Assembly: GCF_009914755.1 (NCBI RefSeq)
Contig: NC_060930.1
Source: the human T2T-CHM13v2.0 reference genome, Homo sapiens
DNA: 64,000 nt
Direction: 5' to 3' (one strand)
Position 1 is the first letter of the stretch, and each line of letters opens with the position of its first letter. The position numbers and the translations under genes were made by a program. Positions 16,266 through 42,220 of this stretch are shown here, piece after piece. Under the pieces are notes generated by a model. The model ran no database searches. It had not been told where the DNA came from and saw nothing but the letters and a program-made list of their open reading frames with translations.

Positions 16266-18470
16266 AGGTTCTGGAGGTGGGAGGAACAGAGGCACTGCCC
16301 CCAGGTTCCAGGCCCAAGCATGGAGGCTCAGTCACAGGCAGGTCCAAGGAGGCCTGAGCTGTCGGCCCTGATCCAGCACCACATCTCCCCTTGGCCCCAG
16401 AGCTTCCAAGTGGCAGGTGGGTGGCTCAGAGCCTCCTTTCAAAGGCTCCAGCAGCCTCTAGTCCTCCTGGAAGGAAGGACTTGTCCAGAACGTAGCCTGC
16501 AGAGGTGACCCCCAGGTGAGAAGGCCCAGGGAGCAGTAGAGTAGCCCTTCCTGGGGCCCAGAAGGTGGAAAGGGCTGAGGGCCTAAACCACGCTGAGTCA
16601 AGGTCTCTGTGCCAGCAAGAGGCCCAAGGAGAATGCTCTTCAGGGCAAAGGGCAGGTATCACCGCGCTTATGTTGTTTAGTACATTAGTCTACACTAGCT
16701 TCTCGCATTCTGCTCCTCTCTGCCCTCTGTGGTTACTAAGATTCCCTGGCTAGGACATCGGCACCTTGCGGGAGAAGCTGTGATCTTGTTCCCACCCGCC
16801 CTGCTTGGCCAGCCCAGTGCCAGGTACCTCTGATGTGCTCAGTACATGCCTGTTGACACTGAAGGCCTTGTGCTGCTGAATCCCTGGGCCTCGATCCCCT
16901 CCTCTTGACAACATGGGGGCAGCGCCAGCTGCCCTCTGACACCCCCAGCTCTACGGTTCCAATTAGCCCCAAAGCAAGGCCAGCCAGCACCGTCCTGGCA
17001 AGGCAGCAGAAAGTGCACCTGGCTAGAGCTGGGAGGGGACAAGAGGCGGCAGGGGGTGGACAGTATAGTGTGTCACCTCCTGGCCACTCTGCACCCCTCA
17101 GGGACTGTGGGGGGCCGCGGCAGGTGCTGTCCTCAAAGCAATTATAAACAAGGCAAAGGACAGGCTGTGACTTCCCTTGGCAAACAGGAGAAAACAAACC
17201 GGAGCCCCACCCCACAGACCCACTGGTAGAACTCGGGGAGGGGGGGTTGGGGGAGGTGCTGGCAGACTCTCTGTGGGGAGGAACAGACTGTGAGCCCTAC
17301 ACCAGGAGGAGGCTGGGCCTGGATCACTGTGCGGGGAGGGAGACAGGGCAGAGGCAGAGGGCTCAGCGCCTTGTGGACCTGTGGGCGAGGCCCCTGGGTG
17401 TCAGCTGGTGAAGCACCTGCAGGGTAGAGACGGTAGACAGAGCATTTTTTTGGTGTCTGCATTTCTGGGCACACAATGGGGGCTCAATCCCATTCTCTCA
17501 TCCATTCCACAAAGATTTATTGAGCAGCCACTATATATGAGGCTCTCTTCTAGGTGCTAGGGGTACGGCACGGACCAAAACACAGCAAACCCCTGTGCCC
17601 AGTCACCTGAGGACTGGCGGGCTCAGACACCAATCTCGCCCCCACTCCCGGCCCCGCCTCGCCTCCCCTGCAGCAGGGCTGTGGGACCTGCCACCTCTTC
17701 TCACCTCCTACCAGGCTTCACCCCAACTCCCTCCAGTTTCCACAAACAACTCCACACCCCTGCCCCCAGGGGCCAGCCCCCAGGCTCTCCCAACCATCCA
17801 CTCTCTCAAGGCCCAGGACCACCTAGAAGATGACAGAGACTCCACTACCTCCAGCAGGGACCCTCCCCCTACCCTCCCTACATCTCTGGTCTGGGAGAGG
17901 AAAGGAAAAGGGAACAGCTTATTTCTGTGTGTGTCTGTATCATTTTTATTGTTAACAACAACTACGATTCAAGCTGGAATCAAATACTTGCCCTCCATAG
18001 GGTGGGAAAGTGAAATAACAGGAAGTATTTTAAGAGCCTCCCTTCAACAAAGTGAGGGTCCTCTCTGAACACCTCCCCAATTATTGCAATAATGCTACTT
18101 TAGCTCCAAGCACCTTCACAGCAGCTTCAGACCCTGACGCATGTTCTGAGGCCCCTCAGCTAGTGCCATCCTTGTTTGTCCGCCTCATCCTGCCTTCATC
18201 AACCAGTGCACAGTTTTAAGCACTTGTCCCAGAGAGTGGGACCAAGAGCTGCAAGGCCGAACAGTGGATAGTTTCAGGGGAGGTGGGGACAGGTGGAGAA
18301 ATGGGAAGGACTGACTGTAGAGGGGACACCAAATTTTCTCAGAAGTGGTCCATGCCCCTGGCGACCTGCCTTCAAAAGGGGACAGGCCTACCAGGCCCAA
18401 AGTCAGAGACACAGAACCCAGGAGAAGGACGGCTCTCACCTGGGTAGCTGCAAAGCGGCAGGACCCGAAG

Positions 18471-18785
18471 GCAGTGGTTTTCCAGGTGTGCTCTGGGGAC
18501 CAGCAGCATTAGCATCACTAGAGGACTTGTCAGAAATTCAAATTCTAGACCACATGGAATTTGCAGAAACACCGGGAGGGGCCCAGCATCTGTGTTTAAA
18601 CAATTCCTCCAGGGAGTTCTCATGCATGCCCAAATTTGAGAACCACTGCCCTAGAGAAAGGGCATTGGAATCATCCCAGAAAAAAAAAAATTAAATAAAG
18701 ATGCCTAGGCCCCTCCCCAAGAGATTCAGATGCAATGGTGTTGTCTAAGAGTTCCGCAGGTGATCATAATACCCAGCCAGGCTGC
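18471..18785. mobile_element. MER5A-like element plus adjacent fragment
   Basis: cagtggtttt ... agcagcattagcatcac ... tttgagaaccactg. Confidence 0.6.
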
Positions 18786-20585
18786 AGTAAGATGGAACAG
18801 TGCCCCGGTCTCTCTGAAATGTGTGCCCTGATGGAGGGAAAGATTTGCTTATAGGGAAGGAGTGAGGAAGGGCTACGAGGAGGGAATATGAGCCATGGGT
18901 TTCTGGATGGAGAGTCTGGTGGAATCCCTGGATTAATCCCTACAGCACCGCATCTTACTCTGGGACCACTGCTGAATGCATAAGAGCCAACCAGGTGGCC
19001 TGCATGGCCTGGCAAGCAGGTGCTGGATCTTATGGGGCCAGGTGGCTCTCCCCATAAGAAAGCTGGACAAAAGATGGGTGGCCAGACCTCATTTTTCCTC
19101 CTTAAGCCCACACTTAAGAGCCAGGAAGGAAAGCTGGTGATGACCCTGCCTGTTGCCTCTGCTCCTCTTGGCTCTCACCCACGGCTTTGCCATTTCACAG
19201 CAAAGCATTTCCTGTGGGCATGATAAGTCCCAGATCCTACCCTATCACTGCGATTTTATCTCTGTCCCCAATGACATCACAGCCAAGGGGATCTGTATCT
19301 CTGGTGCAGTGTGGAGGAGGGACAGATGATAGGAGAGCAGGGGACAGCCACAGCTAGGAGTGCATGGTCAGTGGCCAGGCCAGATGCTACCCAGGGAAAC
19401 CCAAGTGGCAGGGCAGGGGTGGTAGAGATGCCTCAGGCATTGCCAAGCCCCCTGCACCGTCTTATTCAACAAGGAGAGGAGGCTGGTGTGGTGGGACAGA
19501 GAGTGGTGGGAAGCCCCACGTAAAGCATTACATCAGAGAACATTAGACACATGGAGAGGCCTGTTTGCAACCCATAGGTCTTTATTCCTTCCCTAGAGCT
19601 CTCCATGCCTCTATTTCCTCACTTAAGAATGAGAAATAAATAACTCACTGAGTCATAACAGTTCATTAGGCGCTATTCTAAGTACTACATGTGCATCAAT
19701 ATCGGCATACTCAGCCCTCACGACAGCACTAGTAGGTGGGTGCTGCAAGAACCCTCACTTTTTAGGTGTGGAAACTGAGGCACAGTGGGGTTAAGCAGCT
19801 TGCCGAGGCTCACACAGTGTTAAGTGGCAGAGCTGTGCAAGCCACATAGCCTGGCCCCAGAGCCCACGTTCTCAACAACCCCCTGACCAGGTGACACTGG
19901 TCCAGTGCTCAATATATAGTGGCTATGGCTGTCCCAAGAAAAACTTCCTGGTTGCTTCACCAGGACCAGTCTTTAGCTAAAGCTCAATTCTGCGGACTGC
20001 AGCATCTCCCAAACACCCCTAACAACCCACCCCCACCACCCCTTGCTTTCTCTTCCTTTTTCTTCCTCCCCGGTGCCTTTGGCAAAGATTTGTAGAAGGT
20101 TCGCTTTGGAGGGAATCCCACAGATGATCCAGATTCACAGATATGGAAACTGAGGCTGAACAAAGCAGAGACCTGCCCAGCCACACAGCCAGTGAGAGGC
20201 ACAGTGGGGTCTCTCGACTCCTGGTCCAGTGCTCTTATGACTTTACTGCCGTCCCATTCTCACCCAATGATCCCCACAGCCTCTTCTGCACATCTGATTA
20301 AACAAGGGCCTGCTGAGGGCTGCACTGTACGTTAATGGACGTGGAATGCATGGCACAAAGCCGGGCACCTAGAAGGCCATCAGTAAGGATGCCTCCTCCC
20401 TTCCTGGGTGTCTGGGGCTTCCAAAGAAGCCCAGGAAGTCTTGCCTGAACCAGTCTCCTTCCCTGGCCAGTCAAGACAGGTTCCAGCCGGAGGTCCTTTG
20501 GTCACCCATGCTGGCAGCTCAGAAGAAAGGCCAGGAAACAGGTATGGTGCTCAGACAGGGGCCTCAGCAAGTTCCCACCCTGCTT

Positions 20586-20705
20586 TTTTATTTTTATTTT
20601 TTTCATACAAATTCTTTTTTCAATTGAGTCCAGGTCTCGCTATGTTGCCCAGGCTGGTCTCGAACTCCTGAGCTCCAGCGATCCTCCCACCTAGGCCTCC
20701 CAAAG
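20586..20705 (-). mobile_element. Alu monomer (FLAM-like)
   Basis: Single antisense Alu arm. Confidence 0.75.
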
Positions 20706-22109
20706 ATCTGCTTAGAGCAGGAAACCCTGGATAGAGAAAAGAAGGTCCCCAGACCACCACACCCCCACCTTTTAAGAGAGAACTCCTGGGAAACCCCTTG
20801 AAGAAGTGGTCTTCTTTAGGGACTGAGAACACAGACTTTGGAGTCAATTGGACCTAGGTTAAAATTCCAATCCTGTCACTTCCAGGCTGTGTGATTTTAA
20901 GTGACTTGCTTAACCTCTCTGAGTAAGTAAGTGTAATGCAAACAGTAATTCCCACCTCACTCTAAACACACAATAAATGTTGGCAACTATTGTATAATCA
21001 ATCTTATTATAATATTGTTCTAGTATAGCATAAAAGAAGAGATGAATATTCTATTAATATAATCTTGTTTTATTGTTACACTCTCATAGACACACATGCA
21101 CAGTTCATCTCTACCCACATTCCTAGACACTTTAACCACACACACAAACTCACAACCATTACATAAACCCCACACCAACCCAGAAAGCAACATCATGTAC
21201 TCACCATGTACCAGGCACTGCCGCACCCTTAGTCCTCACAACAGCCTGTGAGGTGGGTGTGTTTTCATCTCCCTCCTCTCAGATGAGGATCCACACTGTA
21301 CATGCATATATGTTCACTGCGTCCTGGGACGTGAACATTTCTGGCAGCTCTGGGAACCCTGAACTCCCACCCTCCGATCAGAGGAGGCCAACCCAATTTC
21401 CATGGTCATCTCCAGGGCAGCCCCAAGCCAGGCCCCAAGTGCTGACTGCCCTCCATCCCCAGGACAAAGGCCCAACCTGGTTTTCATGACAGCTGTGGTT
21501 GGGGAAACCCCTGTTGCCTGCAGAAACCGAGTTGACTTTGAAAAGGAAGAGACAGAACCCAGGGGGTGGCTGGGCTACTCCCTGTGGGGGCAGGTGCTAA
21601 GTAACTCTATTAACTCTGGCTAATGATGCAATTACAGTCATAAACAGAGCCCCAGGAGGGCTCAGGGCCAAGAGCTAGACCCTCAAAGGGCAGCCAGACT
21701 TGAGGGGTGGGAGTCCCCTTCCACCTACTTCTCAGCTTTCCAGAAACAGGCTGAGGAGGCCTGTGACAGCGCACGTGGGACCCTGGAAGGGCTCCTGCCT
21801 GCCCTGGCCCACTCCCTGCCCACCTCTGACTGTGAGTCACCAGGCCATTAGCCCGTAAAAGCCCAGTTGGCTCTCCCTAGATTCAGTGCCCACCTAGGGT
21901 GTCCCCTGCCCTATCCCCTGAACTCCTTCCAGGGCACCCGGAACCAAGATACCTGGGTCCCCATTTGGCTCCGTCTCCCAGAGCTGAGTTGAGGACAAAA
22001 TAACCCTGCAGCTGTAACAAGCCTTGTAAATGGTAAGCACCATTGGCTTCCCTCGGGGAGAAGCAGAGCATGGAGTCACCCAAACAGCTCTGCCCTTCAT
22101 TTACACCCT

Positions 22110-22167
22110 CTGGCTCCCAGCTCTCCGGGCCCCGCGGCCAGGAGGCAGACGGAGAGAAGGGAGCCAG
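22110..22167 (-). ncRNA. MIR10398: microRNA hairpin MIR10398 (TFEB intron 1)
   Basis: Inverted repeat ctggctcccagctctccg (22110-) and cggagagaagggagccag (-22167). Minus-strand arms UGGCUCCCUUCUCUCCGUCUG and GCCCGGAGAGCUGGGAGCCAG match my recollection of miR-10398-5p and -3p. Confidence 0.75.
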
Positions 22168-22649
22168 GCGAGTTGCTCGTGGTCCTGGGGCTGGGGTCAC
22201 CGGCATGGTGAAAGCATACCGTCAGGTTAGCAGGCAGGGACCTCAAGGCAGCTGACCCTTCCCTTCCTCTGCCTCTGCCTCTCCTGGCCGGCCAGGAACT
22301 ATTGCTGGCTGTCCCTCCCCGGACAGTGAGCTCCCTGAGGGGAGGGCCTGAGGACTGTCTCCCAGTCGTGGCACCAAGAACTGCGTTCTAACCGAGCGCA
22401 TCCGCATCTGTCCACCCAGAAGGAAACCAGAGACCAGCCTCCAACCTCATCCCCAGCTGCCCAACAGTGCCAGGTCTGGGCCAATGGAATCTCGGCCAGG
22501 GCGGGTGCAGGGGCCTGAGGCCACACCCCAGAGGTGTCACTGGGGGCCTGCATCCGTCTTGTCCCTTTCCCTGAGGGATGAAGCAGCCCCTCACTCGGGA
22601 TGGGGGGAGGGCAGAGGATGGGAGCTGGGCAGTAATTAACCTGCACTTC

Positions 22650-24300
22650 CCCAGCGAGCTCTAAGCCAAAAACTGCGCTCAAGTTGAGTGCAGAAGCTCC
22701 GCGCTGAACCGTCCCCAGAACAGACAGGCGAGAGAACGACGGCTGGAGCTGAGGGGGGTTCGGGGGAAGGCGCAGCGGCCAGGGGCTGGCGGAGAGCGGA
22801 GGGCGGGGGCCTGGGCCCAGCGGGGTTCGCGCAGACAAGCCCCGCCCCGGGCTCCCTCCCTTCCTCACCCGGGGCGCGGGGCTGGGGCGCGCCAGGCGGC
22901 TGCGGCGCGAACCTGCTCGCGCAGCCCGGAGCAGCTCGGGGCAGCCGTGCGTGAAGCCGGAACCCCGCGCGGGGAGGGGGCCGAGCTGGCATCTGCCCGC
23001 TCCCTTCCAGGAGGCGAGCGGACGCGCTGGGCCAGAGCTGGTCGGGACAGCCCAGGGGTGGGCGGCACGGACTCGGGGGATCGGGGGGAAGGGGGCGTGT
23101 TTTCCGGGATTCGGGACCGAGACGGGGGGAGGGGGAAACTCGGGGGGCGGGCAGGCAGCTGGGAACCCGGGGGGAGGCAGACAACGGGGCGCACGGAGGG
23201 AGCGCTCCGGGGTTGGTGTTCCCCAGGGTCATAGAATAACCCACGGGGAGAAAGAGACTGCCCAGGGACTCGAGGGGACGGGGCCAGGGGCGGCTTCTTC
23301 AAGAGACCGAGCTGGAGGAAGGGACGGGAAGGGAGGGAGAGATGGTACTTCCACCCGCCCCCCCATCAGCCCAGCCCCCGGGGCGTGGCGCCGCTCTGGT
23401 CCTCCCACTCCCCCCGCTGGCCTGGCCAGACTCAGCCCCCGCACACCTCCCCTACCTCCGACCCCCTCTCAGGCATCGCCGGCCCCAGCCGTGTCCGGTG
23501 GAGGGGGAGTGGGCGCGGGGCCCGCGCGTCCCTCAAACTTCTTGCGAGTTCACCATCACGCCTCCCGCCCCTTCGACTCCCAGCTCCGGGCCGGGAAGGC
23601 CCATGCCCGCCCGGCCCCTCCCGCCCGGTTACATAAGGTCGCGGAGAAGCCGCCCCCGGCCCGCGCCTGAAGGGAGGGGCCGAGGGGGCTCCCGGCTCGG
23701 CGGGCAGCGCCGCTCGGGCCACGCGCTGGGCGCCCGGGGGCGGACGGACTGCGGGTGGGTGGCGGCGCGCACGGTCCTGCTTCCCTCTCCTGCCGGCATC
23801 CCCCACCCTCCCACCTGTCTCCGGGACCCACGGGATAGGGGCCAGGGAGCCTGGGTCGAGGGTCCCGGGCCCTCCTCGTGCCTCTCGCTCCCCGGTCCCG
23901 CTCACCTCGCTCTGAAGGTCAATCTGTCCGCCGCCCGCGCCCCGCGGCTCCGGCAACTTGTCGCAAGTTCGGGTGCCTGGCCCGCAAGCTGTGCCCGCCA
24001 CCTGCTCCCGGCCTGCTCCGGCCCCGTGCCACCAGGGAGGCCCGCCCCGTCCGCCCTTCCCGCCGCCGTCGGCGCCGCGGCCGCTCCCTGCGTCCCGCCC
24101 GGGCCGCCGCCTCCGCTGTCACCGAGCCCCGCGCCCGGCGCCCGGGCTCCGGCTGTCACTCCACGCACACTTCCCTCCGCGCCCGGCAGAGGGCAGCACC
24201 CGCCCCGCCTCCCAGCCGCTCTGCCTCGGCGCCCACTGGGAAGCGTAGTTCTCGCTGCAGTCCCGCTAGGCACGCCGGGATTTGTAGTCCCGCTCAGCGG
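22650..24300. promoter_or_regulatory. TFEB: CpG island / TFEB promoter region
   Basis: Very GC-rich with dense CpGs and GC boxes, in contrast to CpG-depleted flanks. Confidence 0.92.
23906..24160 (-). other. TFEB: TFEB major non-coding first exon (5' boundary approximate)
   Basis: Ends ...GACAGATTGACCTTCAGAGCGAG|gtgagc (canonical donor), matching the recalled TFEB 5'UTR. Confidence 0.75.
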
Positions 24301-24701
24301 ACTAAGGCTTACAGGGAAAGAGGCTCTTGACTTGGAACCTCTGATCCACTTCTACCTCTTTGCAAGTTTTCTTTCTCCTCTCAGTAAAGTCCCAAACCAG
24401 GGCTCACTAAGATACATTCTGTAGCCTGTCCGACCCCCTAAAAGGAACCTGCAGCCTGCTGTCCTTCGGCAGTCTAAGAAAGAGAGGGTCCCAGATGGTG
24501 TGCTGTTGCCATAGAAACTCCACCTGTGGCAAATTCCAGCTTCTCTTCAGGAGTAGGGTGCAGGACCTGGATCTTGCACTTTTATCCCTGCCCCGATCAT
24601 AAGGGGCAAGGCCAGGGTGAGCCTGGCGAAGTACAGGGTAAAATATGACAGTAGAAGGCAGCCTGCCCCCATTATGGGTTCTACATTCACGCCCCACTCA
24701 C

Positions 24702-24721
24702 CAGCCTGAGCTTGCTGTCAT
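24702..24721 (-). CDS. TFEB: Coding end of an alternative TFEB first exon giving an N-terminally extended isoform (MTASSGW...)
   Basis: aacATG ACA GCA AGC TCA GGC TG|gtgagt with a perfect donor; matches the recalled N-terminus of the long TFEB isoform. Confidence 0.7.
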
Positions 24722-25279
24722 GTTGCTGGACAGAAATTGTCTGAGCTCCTTTCATGTCACCTTCCCTTGTTGGAAGTTCACAGGGTGCGGAGGCATCATT
24801 CTCTACTTTCTCCTCTTCCCCGCCCCTTTTTCCCTGTCTCCTCCCCCAGCCCCTCCCCTGCTTTTCTTCTCCTTCCCCTCCTCCTTTTCTTCCTCTCTCT
24901 CCTCCTTCCCCACATACAATGTTGCTCCTGGTTTCTGGATCTTTTGCTAAGAGGCTCCTGAGGAGGACAGGGATGAAGTCCAAAGGGACAAGATCCCTTG
25001 CTGAGTTGGTTCCAGCAAATAGGCTCGATTTCTCTGTGACTCAAGTAGGAACACTCTCCCCCGGCCCGCCACCCACCCACCCATGATGGCGCTACCACTG
25101 TCTTCCCTTTCCAGGGGAAAAGTATGAACTTTAAGCTCTGAGGGTTACAGAGCCCATCCCAAGCCATGCCTTAGGTCCCATTTCTCTTAGAATCACAGTG
25201 ACCCACCAGGAAACCTTGTAGCCACTCAGGGAAAACTCCCTTCCAAAAACAACAGGATGACCAACATAAAGAAGAACTA

Positions 25280-25285
25280 TTTATT
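25280..25285 (-). terminator. PGC: PGC polyadenylation signal AATAAA
   Basis: tttatt on the plus strand, about 120 nt after the stop codon. Confidence 0.85.
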
Positions 25286-25407
25286 ATTAGAGAAAGTCCA
25301 GAGTCCAGAAAAAGAAGGCTGAATCCAGAGTGGAAAGACAGATACAATGCCCTAGGAGGGTGCAGGGTCAAGAGGAAGAGGGGAGCCCACGTGTCGAGGC
25401 AGCAAGT

Positions 25408-35937
<10,530 letters not shown>

Positions 35938-36022
35938 GATGCTGGTCCCCAACTGGCCACAGAGGAAGAGCAGCTCTGAGTTCTGCAGTCGCAGTGGAGT
36001 GAAGACCTGGGCACTCTTTCCT

Positions 36023-36030
36023 CTTTTATA
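36023..36030 (-). promoter_or_regulatory. PGC: PGC TATA box (TATAAAAG)
   Basis: cttttata on the plus strand, about 90 nt upstream of the ATG. Confidence 0.85.
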
Positions 36031-36345
36031 CGCCCAAGATTAGTCTAATCGCTGCCTCCCTGCCCTGGGCAGCCATGACCTCAACCCAGGGTGTACCCTG
36101 TGCTTCGTGTATCGTTTCTGTGTATTTTTCCTTCTTGAGGGTGGCCGCAACAGACTTTCATCTTATTGACTTTTTAGTTCAAGCATCGGAGGCCAGGAGG
36201 TGCAAGCGATAAGAGAGAAAGTTGCCGTAAGATGGAGTGGTGAAGATTACGTCTTGTTCCCAAACCAGAGGCATAATGTGTGCATTTAGGGACGAGGGCC
36301 AGAAAAAGGTAGAGGCAGAGTGCTGGGATAGATAGGATCTATAGC

Positions 36346-36552
36346 CAGGGTTTCGCAACCTCAGTGCTGTCGACATTTTGGAACAAATAGTTCTTTGTTG
36401 TGGGCCCCATCCTGTGTACTATAGAATGTTTAACAGCATTCCTGGCATCTACCGACTCGATGCCAGGAGCAGTCCACCCATTGTGCCAACCAAATATATC
36501 TCCAGGCACTGCTAAGTGTCTTCTGGATGGGCAAAATCATTGAGAACTGCTT
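36346..36552. mobile_element. MER20-like DNA transposon
   Basis: cagggtttcgcaacctcagtgctgtcgacattttgg ... ttgagaactg. Confidence 0.75.
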
Positions 36553-37659
36553 GTCTCTAGGTTATGTACTTGAAGCTTTGACTCCACTCCTAACTCCTAG
36601 CACCCTCAAACCCTCAGGGGAGGAGATAGGGGTGTCAGGGGGTCAAGAGGTCAGTAGCTAGTAGCTAGGATGCTGGTTACAATGATGGTGATGGTGAGGG
36701 TGGTGCTGATGGCAGTGTCGGGAGTTCTGGTGCTGGTGGTGGGGCTGGGATGACAATGGCTGAAGTCACAGCTATTTGAGCAGCTTCAGAGGCTTTCAAG
36801 GTCAAACAGGACATTTGGAGAAATGCTTGTCATAATTCAGCAAATGCTCAGGACACACTCATAGAGTAAGCCACACCAGCTTCTGGTTGTGCCTCTTGTA
36901 CCGACCTAGATCAGAGGCCTGGAGCAGGGGCATATGAAGAGGGACAGGCCTGCGCCCTGCTGCTGTTCCTCGTTCTCTCTTCTGCCCCGCTGCGTCCCTG
37001 CTTCTGTCTTCAGTTCTCCTAAAGTGCCTATGTCTCCCATGACCCACTCCCAAGCCCTTGTGCAGCCCCCAAGTCTGATTTGTTAGTTCCTCTATCCCTC
37101 ATCTCGGCACCCCCTCCCCCACCTCCCCCAACTCCCACCCCACTTCCCAGCTACCAGCTTCCCATTGCCTGAGGTGACCTGGAGCTGGCCCAGTGCCTGC
37201 TCACCTGGCCCAGGACAGCTCTCCATTTTGGAGTGAGTGGGAAAAAAATCCCCGTGCCAATAGCCTCTCTGCGACCTCGTACCCCACACTCAGGGCTCCA
37301 GGCAGATTTGTCAGGTCCTCAGGCCCCAGGCAGAAGGCCAGGACCAGATCTGTAAACACTGATATCATCCAGCTGGTGGGGGATTTTCCACTCTAGCCAC
37401 TGCTACCCACTGCCCAGCCAGAGCCCTGGAGCTTCCCCAAGCCTTATAATGGGGGAGGGGAGGGAGGACTAGAAGTCAGCTGGGCCTGGCACAGAGAGGG
37501 AGGTCCCTACCTGATGGTGTCTCAAGCCAACTTAGCTTCCATTCCTCCCTGTGGTCCCCAGAGGTACATTGGACTATGAGGTGAAAGACAAGATAGGGAG
37601 TGCCTTCCCTGGGTTGAGGGGAGTCCCCATATTTGGGAAGCAGGTAAATAAAATTATAG

Positions 37660-37994
<335 letters not shown>

Positions 37995-39303
37995 TAATAT
38001 AGCAGAATTCATGGGATCCCCTAAGTCATGTGAGGCCTCCAGATTCCCCAACAAAAGCTTCAGGGACCCTTTTCTTATCTGGTAGGACTCCAGGAGTCTG
38101 GCTGCTGCCAGGCTAACCTTCCGCAAACACCCAAGAAGTCACAACAAATCCCTTCCGAGAGTCCCTGATCGACTGCATCAAGCTAGGGCATCCCAGCTTG
38201 GCTGCCAGACCCTGGGGCCTACAGCCCCTGCCTACTCAATTGATCTTCTGACAGCTCGGTCAGATCCCAAGTCCTCTCCTGCCTGTGGTCTGCCCTGTCT
38301 GCTGCCCCCCATATCTGAAAAAACCCACATGACTAGAAGCTCCCAGAGAGCAGAGCCCATGGCTTTTGCATCCCTGTGCCTGGCTCAGAGCTCAGGAAAT
38401 CTCTGAACAATAGATAGAGCTCAGGAGATTGTCTTGCTGGGGCTTAGTTATAGCTCCCACACCCCGTTATCCCAGGGCTCTGATTGCTAGCCTACACCCC
38501 CAGGAGATTTTGTCAAATTCTGGGTCCTCAGGTCCCCTCATGGTGGTGGTGCCCAGGCTTTTTCTTATCGCCTTCTAGTCTCATTTCCTTTAAGCATCAC
38601 TTGCATCAAAACTCATCAGAAGCCCACTGCTAACTAAATAAAACTCAAACTTGTTATCTTGGCATTCAGGACATTCTCCATTTCCTACGTTTCCAAAATC
38701 ATCTTCTACAACTAACCTATACTTTCCTTTCTCCCCAGGAGGCCTCTTATTTCCTCACCTCCATGCCTTTATTCATGCTATGCCCTCCATGTGAAATACC
38801 CTTCCCGAGCATAGTCACCTGTAAAATCTCCTCATCCTTCAAGACCCAGCACGAATGCCACAAAGTCTTCTCTGTTGAGCCCACCTATTCTCAAACTGAC
38901 TGTTATTGTGGAGAATTTTGCTTTTGTTCCCTTCAGGTATTTATTTCATACCATCTTATATCCCAGTGACTTGCCCAAAATCCTATAGCTTTTAACTGAA
39001 AGAGGTTTCTTCCTGCACATGGTACCTTCGGTATCACAAACTCATCTTTCAGAAGATCTACAAAAATGACAAAATGACAATAGGAATGGGAATGTCTTTG
39101 GAAGAGGTGGCAACTACATAGCATGCACACTACCACTGCTCATTCATCATCATTGGCAGACATCACTAATCAATCATGTCACTTTCCCACAGGGCTCAGA
39201 CATGGCCTTAGAATCCTTCCCTAGCTAATGTTCCATGAAGACATGCTCAATGAATCTTGACATGACAATCTCCAAGTCCCTTAATGGAGGATTTTTTTTT
39301 TTA

Positions 39304-39636
<333 letters not shown>

Positions 39637-40369
39637 CTACTAAATTTCATTTAAAATTCTATACATAGATCACTTTTTAAAAAATCAAGGCAACTCAAAA
39701 TTACAACTATTTGTGGCCTTCTAAATTATCTTCCAGCTCTTATTGTGCACACTGAGATTTGAACATAGCTGTGATCGTTGTGTAAAGGCAACTTCTGTTT
39801 TGCCCTTGTCACTTTGGATTACTGCATATACACATTTCTGTGCATTAAGATAGGCCACATTTTTGTCACTTTCAGTGGCCACGCAGTGCTCTATCATCTT
39901 GGTAGCTAAGATTACCTGGCTCTATTCATTTGGGTTATTTCCAATTTCTCACTGCTATCAATAGCACTTGGGCTCACAAGCTAAAAATCACCCAAAGGAG
40001 TACAATAGTGAGCCCTCCATTCTCAGAGTCACTCAAGCAGAGGTCAAAGGACCACCTTTTGAGGAATACTGGTAGTGGGGTCTCTTGCGGAGGGTGTGAG
40101 ATTGGGCCTCGTATCTGAGTTTTCCCTGTATATTCTAACCCCTGAGTTTGTTACCTTAGCTCAGGAGACAAGTGATCTAAAAACCTTAAGTCTTTGGCGG
40201 CTGTCTACATAAATTTTTAGGTACAATTTCAGCTATTGCCTTGGTTTTATAGTTTTTTCCCTTAAATGTTGTATGTGTCTTTTATACTTATACCATTAGT
40301 TCAACTGAACCTATTGGGGACATATTGGACCTGAGGTTTGTTTTTCTCAAGTTCAAAAATTTATGCTTT

Positions 40370-42220
<1,851 letters not shown>

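Noticed and set aside
21771-21778. CACGTG E-box as a TFEB autoregulatory CLEAR site
   Set aside because: Only the 6-mer core without GTCACGTGAC flanks; occurs at chance frequency.
22299-24424. Long ORFs in the CpG island (for example 360 aa at 23342..24424)
   Set aside because: Pro/Ala/Gly/Arg-rich, open in several frames on both strands; an expected artefact of stop-poor GC-rich DNA.
38090-38130. VSLAAA as a possible pseudo-exon 9 end
   Set aside because: No ILGDVF or YxVxD motif upstream and no stop in the right place.
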